From assembly GCA_048882485.1 (NCBI GenBank), contig JBHLRP010000029.1:1-39493 (forward strand): a DNA stretch of 39,493 nt, given 5' to 3'. Positions within the stretch are counted from its first letter, which is position 1. Each line of letters opens with the position of its first letter. Below, one piece after another: positions 16,884 to 25,826 of the stretch. The DNA comes from Candidatus Thorarchaeota archaeon. GTDB taxonomy: Archaea; Asgardarchaeota; Thorarchaeia; Thorarchaeales; Thorarchaeaceae. The notes under the pieces are model-generated. The model saw only the letters and a program-made list of their open reading frames with translations, was not told the DNA's origin and ran no database searches. A program made the translations under genes and the position numbers.

Positions 16884-18154
16884 TCAGAGATAGGGATGAA
16901 ATGTTGCGATTTTAGGTAGTACTCCTGAAACTCAGGATTATCTGTCAACTCGATGTAGCTAATTCTCTCAGGTGCTTTTTCAATCTTGGAACGGAGTTTG
17001 GGATCTTTTAGAATCATGTCTGCACCCGATATGGCGCCTCCATCAAATTGCCGGAAATGAGCATTCTCAAAACGGGGAAAGAGGCCAATTTGGAAAGCAT
17101 CTTCCAGATTCAGCGCAGTACCAAATGCACCTGTTAGGAAGAATTGGCTGACCTCAGACGCCGAACACTTGGCCTTTCGCAACAGGAGTCGCACAGCGCC
17201 AGCAATAGCAGCTTTGGACTGTTGGAGCATTCTAACATCTGATTGTGATAAGAAAATGGGCTTCTTAGTTTCGGACCTAAATGCATTGGCCAATACTAGC
17301 CGCGGTCCGCCTGATACTATCTTCAGCCATTCAAACGCAACATCCCGACGAATAGAGCCTTTCGCGTTCATCAGGTCTGCATCACGAAGGCTGGCCAAAG
17401 CTGATATTGCACCAGAGCCACATATCCCCTTAGGCTTGCCGCCTCCTATTACAGTAATCCTTGGTTCGCGAGTTTCCCTCAATTCAACGCTGGCAATTGC
17501 GCCTCTTTCTCCGGGAACTCCGCAAGCGAGAGACATGCCTTCAAATGCTGGGCCAGATGCAGCCGACGCCATCCAAAGGCCCCTTGGACTACGGACTGCA
17601 ATCTCAGTATTAGTTCCGACATCAATCGAAACGAGATTCTGATCGGAGTCCAAAGCACCGGATACGAGAAGCAGCATCAAGGCGTCAGGACCAATAAAGG
17701 ACTCAACAATTGGTGGCGAGTAACATAGGGCACCCTCGCCTAATTGAAGCCCAACTCCCGGAGCAGGAACTGATATAGCGTCCTTACCTGTAGCACGAAA
17801 TGGAGGAGCTTGAAGCGATTTGGTAGACATTCCATAGAACATATGATGCATCACTGTGTTGCCCACTATAACTACAAGTCTTATTGAGGCGGGATCAATA
17901 TTCGTTTGTGATGCCATCTCAAGAATTCCGGCAAAGACAGCATTTCTCACGACATCTGTGACTAGTTGGGCGTTCTTCTCGCTTCTACGATGGAAGACAA
18001 TCCTTGAAATCACATCTAAACCAAATTCAACCTGCGGATTTGGAACCAGTTTGGAATCAGCAACCAACCCAGTACTCAAGTCAACAAGGTGCATAGTGAT
18101 TTGAGACGTGCCGAGGTCAACCGAAACACCGTATCTCGGACTTTTCACCAACAA
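16880..18154 (-). CDS. ASKHA ATPase of the RACo/DUF4445 (corrinoid reductive activator) family, lacking an Fe-S domain
   Basis: VDLGTS, NPQVEFGLDVISRI, GNTVMHH, IDVGTNTEI, SAASGPAFEG, GICGSG, LTGAFG. Confidence 0.85.
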   Translation of the reverse strand: MLVKSPRYGVSVDLGTSQITMHLVDLSTGLVADSKLVPNPQVEFGLDVISRIVFHRRSEKNAQLVTDVVRNAVFAGILEMASQTNIDPASIRLVVIVGNTVMHHMFYGMSTKSLQAPPFRATGKDAISVPAPGVGLQLGEGALCYSPPIVESFIGPDALMLLLVSGALDSDQNLVSIDVGTNTEIAVRSPRGLWMASAASGPAFEGMSLACGVPGERGAIASVELRETREPRITVIGGGKPKGICGSGAISALASLRDADLMNAKGSIRRDVAFEWLKIVSGGPRLVLANAFRSETKKPIFLSQSDVRMLQQSKAAIAGAVRLLLRKAKCSASEVSQFFLTGAFGTALNLEDAFQIGLFPRFENAHFRQFDGGAISGADMILKDPKLRSKIEKAPERISYIELTDNPEFQEYYLKSQHFIPISD

Positions 18155-18186
18155 GAACGCCCACCAAAGCGCAGCGTGTTGACGGA

Positions 18187-18636
18187 CTATCTAACAATCA
18201 TCACCGGACAGGGCGCATGATTGACAACTTTATCACTTATCGAGCCCACAAACAAACGTTTGATGCCACTAACCCCTCGAGAGCCCATGATAATCAGTTC
18301 TACTTCACGCTCACAAGCTATATCGACTATTTTGTTCGCAGGATCACCATGAGATATGAGTTCGGTGACGCCGCATCCCAAACCGACTGCGATTTTCTTG
18401 GCTTTCGCGAGGATGTCCTCTCCTACCTTTTGGAGAGCAAGGAATGGCTGATCCGACACAGTATCATGATATGGAGTAGCAGAAACCAGCATTGGCACAA
18501 CATGAAGAAGGACTACCTCTGCTCCCAGCTTTGGTCCAATAGCACATGCATATCGGACAGCTTTATCCGAATAGTCAGAGCCATCCACTGCTACGAGAAC
18601 AGTCTTGATTTGAACTGGTTCGGTATTTTCGCTCAT
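18187..18636 (-). CDS. uspA: Universal stress protein (UspA family)
   Basis: VLVAVDGS, GDPA, LIIMGSRG..GSISDKVVNHAPCPVMIVR; ATG 18636 after GAGGGTG. Confidence 0.92.
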   Translation of the reverse strand: MSENTEPVQIKTVLVAVDGSDYSDKAVRYACAIGPKLGAEVVLLHVVPMLVSATPYHDTVSDQPFLALQKVGEDILAKAKKIAVGLGCGVTELISHGDPANKIVDIACEREVELIIMGSRGVSGIKRLFVGSISDKVVNHAPCPVMIVR

Positions 18637-18706
18637 TGACACCCTCTCTTTGCTCTATGATACTTGGGGACCTTATCTCTCTTTCCCCAGAAAGTGGAGA
18701 CTCTTC

Positions 18707-20215
18707 CTACTTCAGAGAGGCGAATATCTGCTCTCCTTTGACGAGTTTTTTCAGAACTCCGACAAGATCGCTCGTTTTAACTCGCACCTGTTCCATGCTA
18801 TCGCGATCTCGCACAGTAACAGTCTGGTCCTCCAATGACTGATAGTCTACGGTAACACAGTAGGGAGTGCCAACCTCATCCTGTCGTCTGTAGCGCCTTC
18901 CGATAGAACCACTTTGGTCAAAATATGTGATTAGACCACTATCCACTATCTCGTCATATATAGCTCTAGCGGGACCGAGTAGCTCGTCCTTGCCCATGAG
19001 TGGAAAGACAGCAACCTGAATCGGTGCAATCTCGGGAGGGAATCTGAGCCATGTACGCTCCTCGTCTTCAGCATAGGAGTTGTCTATTATACTGAATAAT
19101 GGGCGCTCAACTCCAAAGGCAATCTCCAAGACCTCAGGAACGACAGGCTGTTTGTTCACCTTGATACTCAGCTTTTCCTTTGAGTACTCTTGATGTCGAC
19201 TCAAGTCATAATTGCCTCTGTCATGAACTCCACAGCACTCTACCCAGCCATAGCTCTGTGTATTGATTTCAACATCCCATGCATCCGCTGCGTAATGAGC
19301 TCTCTCCGTGGGAAGGTGCTGCCGCAGGCGAATGTTCTCATCACGAAAGCCCATCCCTTTGAAGATTCGATAGGCGAGATAAACACACCATGCATAGGCA
19401 GGCTTTTGGAAATAGCCCCTTTTCAGAGCCGCTGACATCTTGGTCATTGACACCTTCTCGCTGTCCTCCTCCTGGGTCTGATAGGGGAGTAGAGGGAGCT
19501 TGAAGTCTTTGACCTCCTCATAAGGTGGCCATTCCATCTCATCTTTCTCGAGCAGGAAAATCTGACCCTCAACTTGTGTGAACTCCCGGAGCCTTAGCAT
19601 ACCCTGTCTTGGCGAGATTTCATTCCTGTATGCTTTCCCAATCTGAAAGACAGATGCCGGAAGCTTGTCGCGAAAGAATGTGAGGAATCGCTTGAATAGC
19701 AGGTAAGTTGAAGTTGCGGTTTCCGGCCTCATGTAGGCTTCAGTATCAATTCCAAGGCGAGTCTTAAGCATGAGGTTGTACTGTGTCACATCGCTGAGTT
19801 CTCCTTTGCAGGATGGACACCTGATACCGTGTTTCTTGATTGATTCTGTCAGCTCCTCGGGCGTCAGACCCTTGATGTTCGCGTCTGGCGCTTGCTCCTC
19901 GATGAGTGTGTCAGCTCGAAATACTTCCTGACACTTTGTACACTGAACGACGGGATCGATAAAGCCTTCTAGATGACCCGATGCTCTCCAGACAATGGCA
20001 GGTGATACTGTTGGGCACTCTACCTCCCAGAAGTCAGCTCTCACAAATGAGGATCTAATTCTGTCCTCGAGTCTATTCTTCAGTAGCTTGCCCAGAGGTC
20101 CAAGATCGTATAATCCGGAACTGCCTCCATATATCTCGGGCGAAGGGCCCCAGAAGAAGCCTCTCTTCTTGCAGAGTCCAGTTACAATCTCGCCAAAGTC
20201 TCTCTCGGAACTCAT
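18707..20215 (-). CDS. glyS: Glycine--tRNA ligase (alpha2, archaeal/eukaryotic type)
   Basis: YDLGPLG, YMRPETA, QIGKAYRNEISPRQGMLRLREFTQ, GSIGRRYRRQDEVGTPYCVTVD; alternative start TTG 20227. Confidence 0.97.
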   Translation of the reverse strand: MSSERDFGEIVTGLCKKRGFFWGPSPEIYGGSSGLYDLGPLGKLLKNRLEDRIRSSFVRADFWEVECPTVSPAIVWRASGHLEGFIDPVVQCTKCQEVFRADTLIEEQAPDANIKGLTPEELTESIKKHGIRCPSCKGELSDVTQYNLMLKTRLGIDTEAYMRPETATSTYLLFKRFLTFFRDKLPASVFQIGKAYRNEISPRQGMLRLREFTQVEGQIFLLEKDEMEWPPYEEVKDFKLPLLPYQTQEEDSEKVSMTKMSAALKRGYFQKPAYAWCVYLAYRIFKGMGFRDENIRLRQHLPTERAHYAADAWDVEINTQSYGWVECCGVHDRGNYDLSRHQEYSKEKLSIKVNKQPVVPEVLEIAFGVERPLFSIIDNSYAEDEERTWLRFPPEIAPIQVAVFPLMGKDELLGPARAIYDEIVDSGLITYFDQSGSIGRRYRRQDEVGTPYCVTVDYQSLEDQTVTVRDRDSMEQVRVKTSDLVGVLKKLVKGEQIFASLK

Positions 20216-20291
20216 GGATACTACCAATTCGCATGCTTGAGTGCACCCGACTTAAACGTATGGTCCCAGACACACAGAACGATATTCTTCT

Positions 20292-20645
20292 CTAGATTGC
20301 AAGCTTGGCCATCAAGAGACGCTCCTTCAAGTCATCAATATCATGACTCGAGAAGCTCTTCCATAGCTTCTCGAGAGTTGGGCAAGTGTAATCCTCACAG
20401 TTGGAACAGAGATGAAATCCTTGATTAAGAGCGCATTTCCGAACATCGCAGGTCACACAGGAACCATTGATACGAGGTCCAAAGCAGCCATCACAGAGCA
20501 TGTCCTTTGGTTCATACACTGTGTCTTCATCTTCAGACCAAGACTCTGCAATCCGTGCAAGTTCTTCCCAGTCGTCAGCTTTTGTTGCTTTGAAAGCCTC
20601 ACACTCAACACAGTCGATTCCACATGGAGCAATGATTTGCGTCAT
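20292..20645 (-). CDS. DUF3795-family Cys-rich (putative Fe-S/Zn) protein
   Basis: APCGIDCVEC...CDGC...CVTCDVRKC...CSNCEDYTC; start at MTQIIAPCG (20645) is inferred. Confidence 0.8.
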   Translation of the reverse strand: MTQIIAPCGIDCVECEAFKATKADDWEELARIAESWSEDEDTVYEPKDMLCDGCFGPRINGSCVTCDVRKCALNQGFHLCSNCEDYTCPTLEKLWKSFSSHDIDDLKERLLMAKLAI

Positions 20646-20731
20646 GAGAGTTTGGTGGAATTGGCTTGGCTTAAGATTTCTACCGACACTGGTCGGTAGT
20701 TGCTCAGCGAAGAGGGGGATCCGTCTCAAGC

Positions 20732-21493
20732 TCATCTGACGCCTCTCTTCTTGAGGATAGCCGCCACAAATGCGGCTAATCCGATCGTAACTGCACCTAT
20801 TCCAAGCAGAACCATACTATCGACTCCTCCACCTGGACGAGAGGTTCTGAAGGTCAGATAATCGCCGTTTTGCAAGAGGCAGTTCATCTCAAAGAGGTTG
20901 AGTGCACCATCCGCCTTGGAATACTTCACAGTTTCATTTTGAATGTGAATACCCAAGCTATTGAGTTCCACAGAGGTGATTAATCCCCATTCAGTTTCTG
21001 TGTCAATAATCTCGATATCTACTGGGAAACTAATGGTAGTATTCATTTCTGCAAGAAGTGAAGATCTATCAAACCTGCACGTCCTATCAATCGTGCATTC
21101 TTCAACCAAGCTCCAATTTCCAACAGGATATGCAGACCAACGCAAATTTCCATGCCAAAAAATAATGTCGCCTGTAATCTCAGTACCGTTCATGAGATAG
21201 AATGAAAAGTAGATGTTCACCACATCGGCGACTGTAGCAGATATTTTCGGAATCTCTGTGACATTTACAGGAATACTAGGGAGACTGTCAACGACAACAT
21301 AGTAGTCTAGGCTGTGATCGAGGTATCTAGTTCCATCAGCACTCCATCCCAGTTCCGTATAGTTGTAGTCGAACCTATCATCAACTTCAATTCCCCAATA
21401 TAATCCATGATTGATAGTTGCTTCAGCCATCCCAAAAGGAACAAGAACTAGAATTGCCATAAGAATTCCTGAATGTGTTCCTCTATGATTCAA
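20732..21493 (-). CDS. Secreted membrane-anchored hypothetical protein
   Basis: Signal-like ILMAILVLVPFGMAEA; C-terminal TM followed by KKR; sequons NYT, NVT, NGT, NWS. Confidence 0.7.
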   Translation of the reverse strand: MNHRGTHSGILMAILVLVPFGMAEATINHGLYWGIEVDDRFDYNYTELGWSADGTRYLDHSLDYYVVVDSLPSIPVNVTEIPKISATVADVVNIYFSFYLMNGTEITGDIIFWHGNLRWSAYPVGNWSLVEECTIDRTCRFDRSSLLAEMNTTISFPVDIEIIDTETEWGLITSVELNSLGIHIQNETVKYSKADGALNLFEMNCLLQNGDYLTFRTSRPGGGVDSMVLLGIGAVTIGLAAFVAAILKKRGVR

Positions 21494-21655
21494 ACCACCA
21501 ACTCAGCATTTAGAGGTCTATTAAAGTAATTAATCAATCGAACAGGATACGCTAGTTTAATCAAAAATATGGTCAGGATAGCATCTGCCGCATTATCTAG
21601 GCTGTTGAGCATCCTTTTTATGGCAATGGCACTGTGTCCGGGAGAGGGAGACACC

Positions 21656-22921
21656 TTGGTAGAGGACTCACGAATCCCAAGTTTCTACAAGCTAACGCGA
21701 GAAGAGAGAGCAAGGAAGATTCAAGAGATTACTGGAATCCCAGAAGATGAACTCAAGCCCCTCTTTGATCCTGGCACAGTTGACATGGAAGTTCTTGACC
21801 ATATGATTGAGAATGTCATTGGGTCTATGACTATGCCACTTGGAATCGCGACAAACTTCAGGATAAATGATAAGGACTACTTGATTCCAATGGCCCTGGA
21901 AGAGCCGTCAGTGGTCGCAGCCGCTAGTAATGCAGCGCGGATGACAAGACCGCACGGCGGGTTCTCTGCAGAAGATACGGGTCCCGTCATGATCGGCCAG
22001 ATTCAGGCGGTTGAAGTTCCAAAGCCATTTGCGGCAAAAGAGAAGATCCTTGAGGCAAAGGGTGACCTCATAGCCCTCGCAAATGAACAAGATCCAATCC
22101 TGGTTCGGTTCGGGGGAGGAGCAAGAGATCTCAGAGTGAAAGTTATAGATACCAAGGTTGGACCTATGGTAATCACAGAACTCATCGTTGATACAAGAGA
22201 TGCTATGGGAGCGAACGCTGTTAATACGATGGCGGAGGCTTTGGCTCCGCGCATTGAAACGATTAGTGGTGGAAAAGTCCTTCTCCGAATTCTCTCTAAC
22301 CTCGCGGACCTAAGAGTGGTCAGGTCTTCTGCTACATTTGATAAGGAGCTACTTGGCGGAGAAGAGGTAGTTGACGGGATTATTGCAGCTTGGGCTTTTG
22401 CAGAAGCAGATCCCTATCGGTGTTCAACCCATAACAAAGGGATAATGAACGGCATTGATGCGGTAGTAATTGCTACAGGCAATGACTTCCGGGCGATTGA
22501 AGCTGGAGCACATAGCTACGCCGCAGTAGATGGATACAGCTCTTTGACAAAATACGAAAAGTCGAAGGATGGCCACCTCGTTGGAAGTATTGAGATTCCC
22601 ATGGCGGTGGGACTTGTTGGAGGAGCCACGAAAGTCCATCCAGTGGCAAGGGCATGTGTCAAGATTCTTGGAGTTGAAACAGCAACAGAACTTGGCAGAA
22701 TCATCGCCAGCGTTGGACTAGCACAGAACCTCGCTGCATTAAGGGCTCTAGCATCTGAGGGCATACAGAAAGGCCACATGTCGCTTCATGCAAGAAACGT
22801 CGCTGCCACTGCTGGTGCAAGAGGCGACTTGGTTGACAAGATTGCTGAGCAACTCATCAAGGAGAAGTTGGTCAAGGTCGAACGTGCCAAAGAGATTCTA
22901 AAAGATCTTCAATCCCCCTAG
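21656..22921 (+). CDS. mvaA: Hydroxymethylglutaryl-CoA reductase, class II (degradative type)
   Basis: ENVIG, EEPSVVAAAS, DAMGANAVNT, THNKGIMNGI, EGIQKGHM; TTG 21656 after GGAGAGGGAG. Confidence 0.95.
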   Translation: MVEDSRIPSFYKLTREERARKIQEITGIPEDELKPLFDPGTVDMEVLDHMIENVIGSMTMPLGIATNFRINDKDYLIPMALEEPSVVAAASNAARMTRPHGGFSAEDTGPVMIGQIQAVEVPKPFAAKEKILEAKGDLIALANEQDPILVRFGGGARDLRVKVIDTKVGPMVITELIVDTRDAMGANAVNTMAEALAPRIETISGGKVLLRILSNLADLRVVRSSATFDKELLGGEEVVDGIIAAWAFAEADPYRCSTHNKGIMNGIDAVVIATGNDFRAIEAGAHSYAAVDGYSSLTKYEKSKDGHLVGSIEIPMAVGLVGGATKVHPVARACVKILGVETATELGRIIASVGLAQNLAALRALASEGIQKGHMSLHARNVAATAGARGDLVDKIAEQLIKEKLVKVERAKEILKDLQSP

Positions 22922-22950
22922 CCGCAGGTCAGAGTTGTAAAAAGGACGAG

Positions 22951-22973
22951 GAAGCCCTCGTGACGAGGGCTTC
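22951..22973. terminator. Perfect hairpin between convergent genes
   Basis: GAAGCCCTCG-TGA-CGAGGGCTTC (10-bp stem). Confidence 0.6.
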
Positions 22974-22981
22974 TATGGAAT

Positions 22982-23572
22982 TCATTTCTTCTTTTTGGCG
23001 GGCTTCTTCTTGGGCTGCTTCTTGGGAGTAGAGCCACCAGAACGGCGGCGTGATACAAGAACAAGAATCAGGATGAGAGCAAGAGCAGATCCACCGATGA
23101 TAAGAAGCTTTGTCAAATCAAGATTAAAGGGCAGTCCTCCTCCGGGAATTGTCGTGAACACTATCTCGTTCTGCCAAAGCTCAACGGAGTCTCGATATGT
23201 CGAATCATCCTCATCACCTGTGCATGTATCAATAAGATAGCCGTTATAGAGAGTCTGCTTGTCATTACTCACGATGGTGAGTGCATTGCCATCTTGCGCA
23301 TCAGCTGTGCTCCCTGCCAGCGCAGTATACCCTGACAAGACTGTCAGTGTATCAGCATCGTCCGAAACGAACACATTGGATGTAAAGTTGACCGCATTGC
23401 GGTCATTAGGTTCGGTGAATATGTCATGAGATACATCCCATATGTACATGGATGGTTCCCCAGATAGTGTCGAAGAGAATTCCACACCCAATTTGAACCA
23501 AAGCGGATGCGTTGAGTCATTATCAATGTCAAAACATGACATCAGCAGTTTCCCTCCACCTAGGACTCGGCC
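22982..23572 (-). pseudogene. Probable 5'-truncated remnant of a membrane-anchored extracellular protein
   Basis: C-terminal TM and Lys-rich tail but no signal peptide. Protein-like VLGGGKLL continues upstream of ATG 23542 to an in-frame TGA at 23573-23575. Confidence 0.5.
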
Positions 23573-23752
23573 TCACAATTGCCAATATAAAGTCACTAGG
23601 AGAATAGTCCGCCTTTCAAGAAATGCTCGATTTTTCGAGGCAACTCTATCGGAGTAACATATTTGTGCTTGACAGGAGGTACCGTACGCACCCAACTCGG
23701 GGAACTAAGTGAGTCCGCCGTATATTTAGCTGTAACTGAGGTCGAGAATACG

Positions 23753-24490
23753 ATGGAAGAAGAATGTGCACAGTGGGAACGCCTCGCTGGCGAGTTCGCA
23801 GATAGTGAGAATTTCTACCAAGCAGCAAATCAATACAAACAAGCTGCAGGATGCTATCTCGACCGGGTTATTGAAATGACTCGCAAAGCAGCAGAGTATT
23901 ATCATATGTATGCAGAGGAAAAGGTTTCAGAGGATGACAACAAAGCGGCGGCTACAGGTTATTTCGAGGCTGCATCGCAGTATAAGCAGGTAAGTGAATT
24001 AGATACAGCATTGACTCTCTTCGAGCATGCAGCAGAATACGCCCTCAAGGAGGATTTGACCGAAACCGCTGCTCAAGCATACCTCTGGGCAGCGTTTGCA
24101 TGTCACAAGCTTGGAAATAGCGAATATTTCCTTACATGTGCTGAAAACATGGGCAATCTGTACGACAAGGCTGCAGAAAAAGCGGTTAAGGAAGGTAAGC
24201 CCCAAAGCGCGGTCATAGATCTTTCATTGGCAGCAATGGGATTAGCAACTATTGAGAAGGCTACGGAGGCAAAAGATAGGATAGAGAAAGCGCGTCGCGC
24301 AATTGAGAAGACAAGGGGAGAATGGCTTGAAACTCTTGTTTCATTTGTCGAGGCACTAACAGCAAATGAACTTGATGACGCTGATGACCATCTCAAGGCT
24401 TTCAAAGGTCAAGATACAATTCAGGAGCTAATGGGCGCCTGCCTAAACATCCTCCAAGAGAACCAGAAGAAACGGCGACGAGGAAAGTGA
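23753..24490 (+). CDS. SNAP (NSF attachment protein)-like TPR solenoid, alpha-SNAP-like
   Basis: Helical AAxxY/FxxAA repeats (QAANQYKQAA; AAATGYFEAASQYKQ; TAAQAYLWAA); ATG 23753 after GAGGT. Confidence 0.7.
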   Translation: MEEECAQWERLAGEFADSENFYQAANQYKQAAGCYLDRVIEMTRKAAEYYHMYAEEKVSEDDNKAAATGYFEAASQYKQVSELDTALTLFEHAAEYALKEDLTETAAQAYLWAAFACHKLGNSEYFLTCAENMGNLYDKAAEKAVKEGKPQSAVIDLSLAAMGLATIEKATEAKDRIEKARRAIEKTRGEWLETLVSFVEALTANELDDADDHLKAFKGQDTIQELMGACLNILQENQKKRRRGK

Positions 24491-24494
24491 GCTT

Positions 24495-25742
24495 TTAGGC
24501 GACTCTTACAGTTGAAGACTTCGTTATCTCCTCCCCAACTCTGCCATCAACAGCTTTGACGGTTACCACTTCATCTCCTATAGAGACTCCTCTGACAAAT
24601 ATCTGGAATCTCATTCGCTCCCTGGGGCCAATGAATTGGATGGTCTTCTCAATGCTTCCCAACGATATCTCAAGGCCGTCTGAAAGCTCAACTGTGACCT
24701 TTATGTTGTCTGCTGGCCCATCGCCCTCATTCACAAACTCTACGTCAAAGATAGATTCGTCGCCCAATGCACACGACAAACGTTCAGGTGTAAGATTCAT
24801 TTTCAAATCAGATGGAGCACGGGCGATTCGAAAATCGATTGCATTACTGATTTTATGGACCAATACGCTTTCTCCTTCAAGTGTTAAATTGAATGGTCCC
24901 ACTGACCCATCACCACTCAGAACAGGAAGAACCTCAAGGAGCCAAGAATCCTCTTTGCCGAGTCGCGGCTCGATGTCTGGCTCCTTTGTGAATTTCAAGC
25001 TCTTTGACAACGTGTATCTCCTATCCACCACCTTTACCGGAGCAGGACATTTGTAACGCAACTCAAACTCAATAGGAGTCTTGACATTGATCTCATTTTG
25101 AGCAGCTCCAGCCCATTCAATCACAACCTCGGTTTTTTGGGCTAGCTTTACAGACTCCGCAACAAACTTGACCAGTTCTCCTTCCGCAAGCTTTGGCTTA
25201 GCCGCGCTAATTGCTTTACTCACCACTTTGTCATCTGGGGAAGCGCCTTCACAAAGAACCTCTGCTGAAAGCTGTGCGAAGCTAAACATTGGCTCCTTCA
25301 CTGACGACCCGGAGAAACGCTTCTCAGCTTTTCGCGTGAGATTCACAGCAGTATTGAAGTTTCTGGCAGCAAGATAACATATGATTGCTACTGCAAGTGC
25401 CCTCAGCGAGCCTTTGTGTTTCTTCACTCTAAAGAGATGGTCAGAAGCCTCAGACAGAAGTGCGCCACCTTCATCAAACCTAGCATCTGACAGAAGTGCG
25501 TTAGCAGCCTCAGTCTTCATATCAGCACCTCGTGAGTGGTCATCAGCAATGAGTGCGCAATTAGCCGCCTCTCTGAAGTATTTCACAGCGAAATCGATTT
25601 CTCGTTCTTCAAGGAACAAGGCTGCCGCTTTCTCATACTCTGTGCTGGCATAGTCGGGGTAATCATCCTCCAGCTCCTTCAGTGCTTTCTCAACATGTTT
25701 CTTGGCTCTCTTCAGTGGATCTCTCCTGAGGAATCTAGACAT
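24495..25742 (-). CDS. Gamma-SNAP-like TPR solenoid fused to two Ig-like beta-sandwich domains
   Basis: N-terminal ~200 aa of helical repeats (YASTEYEKAAALF; AVKYFREAAN); C-terminal beta-rich VEFVNEGDGPADNIKVTVELSDGL (CARDB/DUF11-like); no signal peptide. Confidence 0.7.
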   Translation of the reverse strand: MSRFLRRDPLKRAKKHVEKALKELEDDYPDYASTEYEKAAALFLEEREIDFAVKYFREAANCALIADDHSRGADMKTEAANALLSDARFDEGGALLSEASDHLFRVKKHKGSLRALAVAIICYLAARNFNTAVNLTRKAEKRFSGSSVKEPMFSFAQLSAEVLCEGASPDDKVVSKAISAAKPKLAEGELVKFVAESVKLAQKTEVVIEWAGAAQNEINVKTPIEFELRYKCPAPVKVVDRRYTLSKSLKFTKEPDIEPRLGKEDSWLLEVLPVLSGDGSVGPFNLTLEGESVLVHKISNAIDFRIARAPSDLKMNLTPERLSCALGDESIFDVEFVNEGDGPADNIKVTVELSDGLEISLGSIEKTIQFIGPRERMRFQIFVRGVSIGDEVVTVKAVDGRVGEEITKSSTVRVA

Positions 25743-25826
25743 CTATTATTCGCCTCTACTAATCCGGTAGGTTAGTATAGAACCTGTGCGTCCCTGCTTT
25801 ATCGATTTCGGCGGATGTGAATTTCG

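Noticed and set aside
18155-18189. TAG readthrough fusing uspA to the RACo-like gene
   Set aside because: The genes are out of frame, and the uspA frame soon hits TGA.
23573-23575. In-frame TGA as selenocysteine
   Set aside because: No redox motif, no convincing upstream coding frame and no recognisable SECIS.
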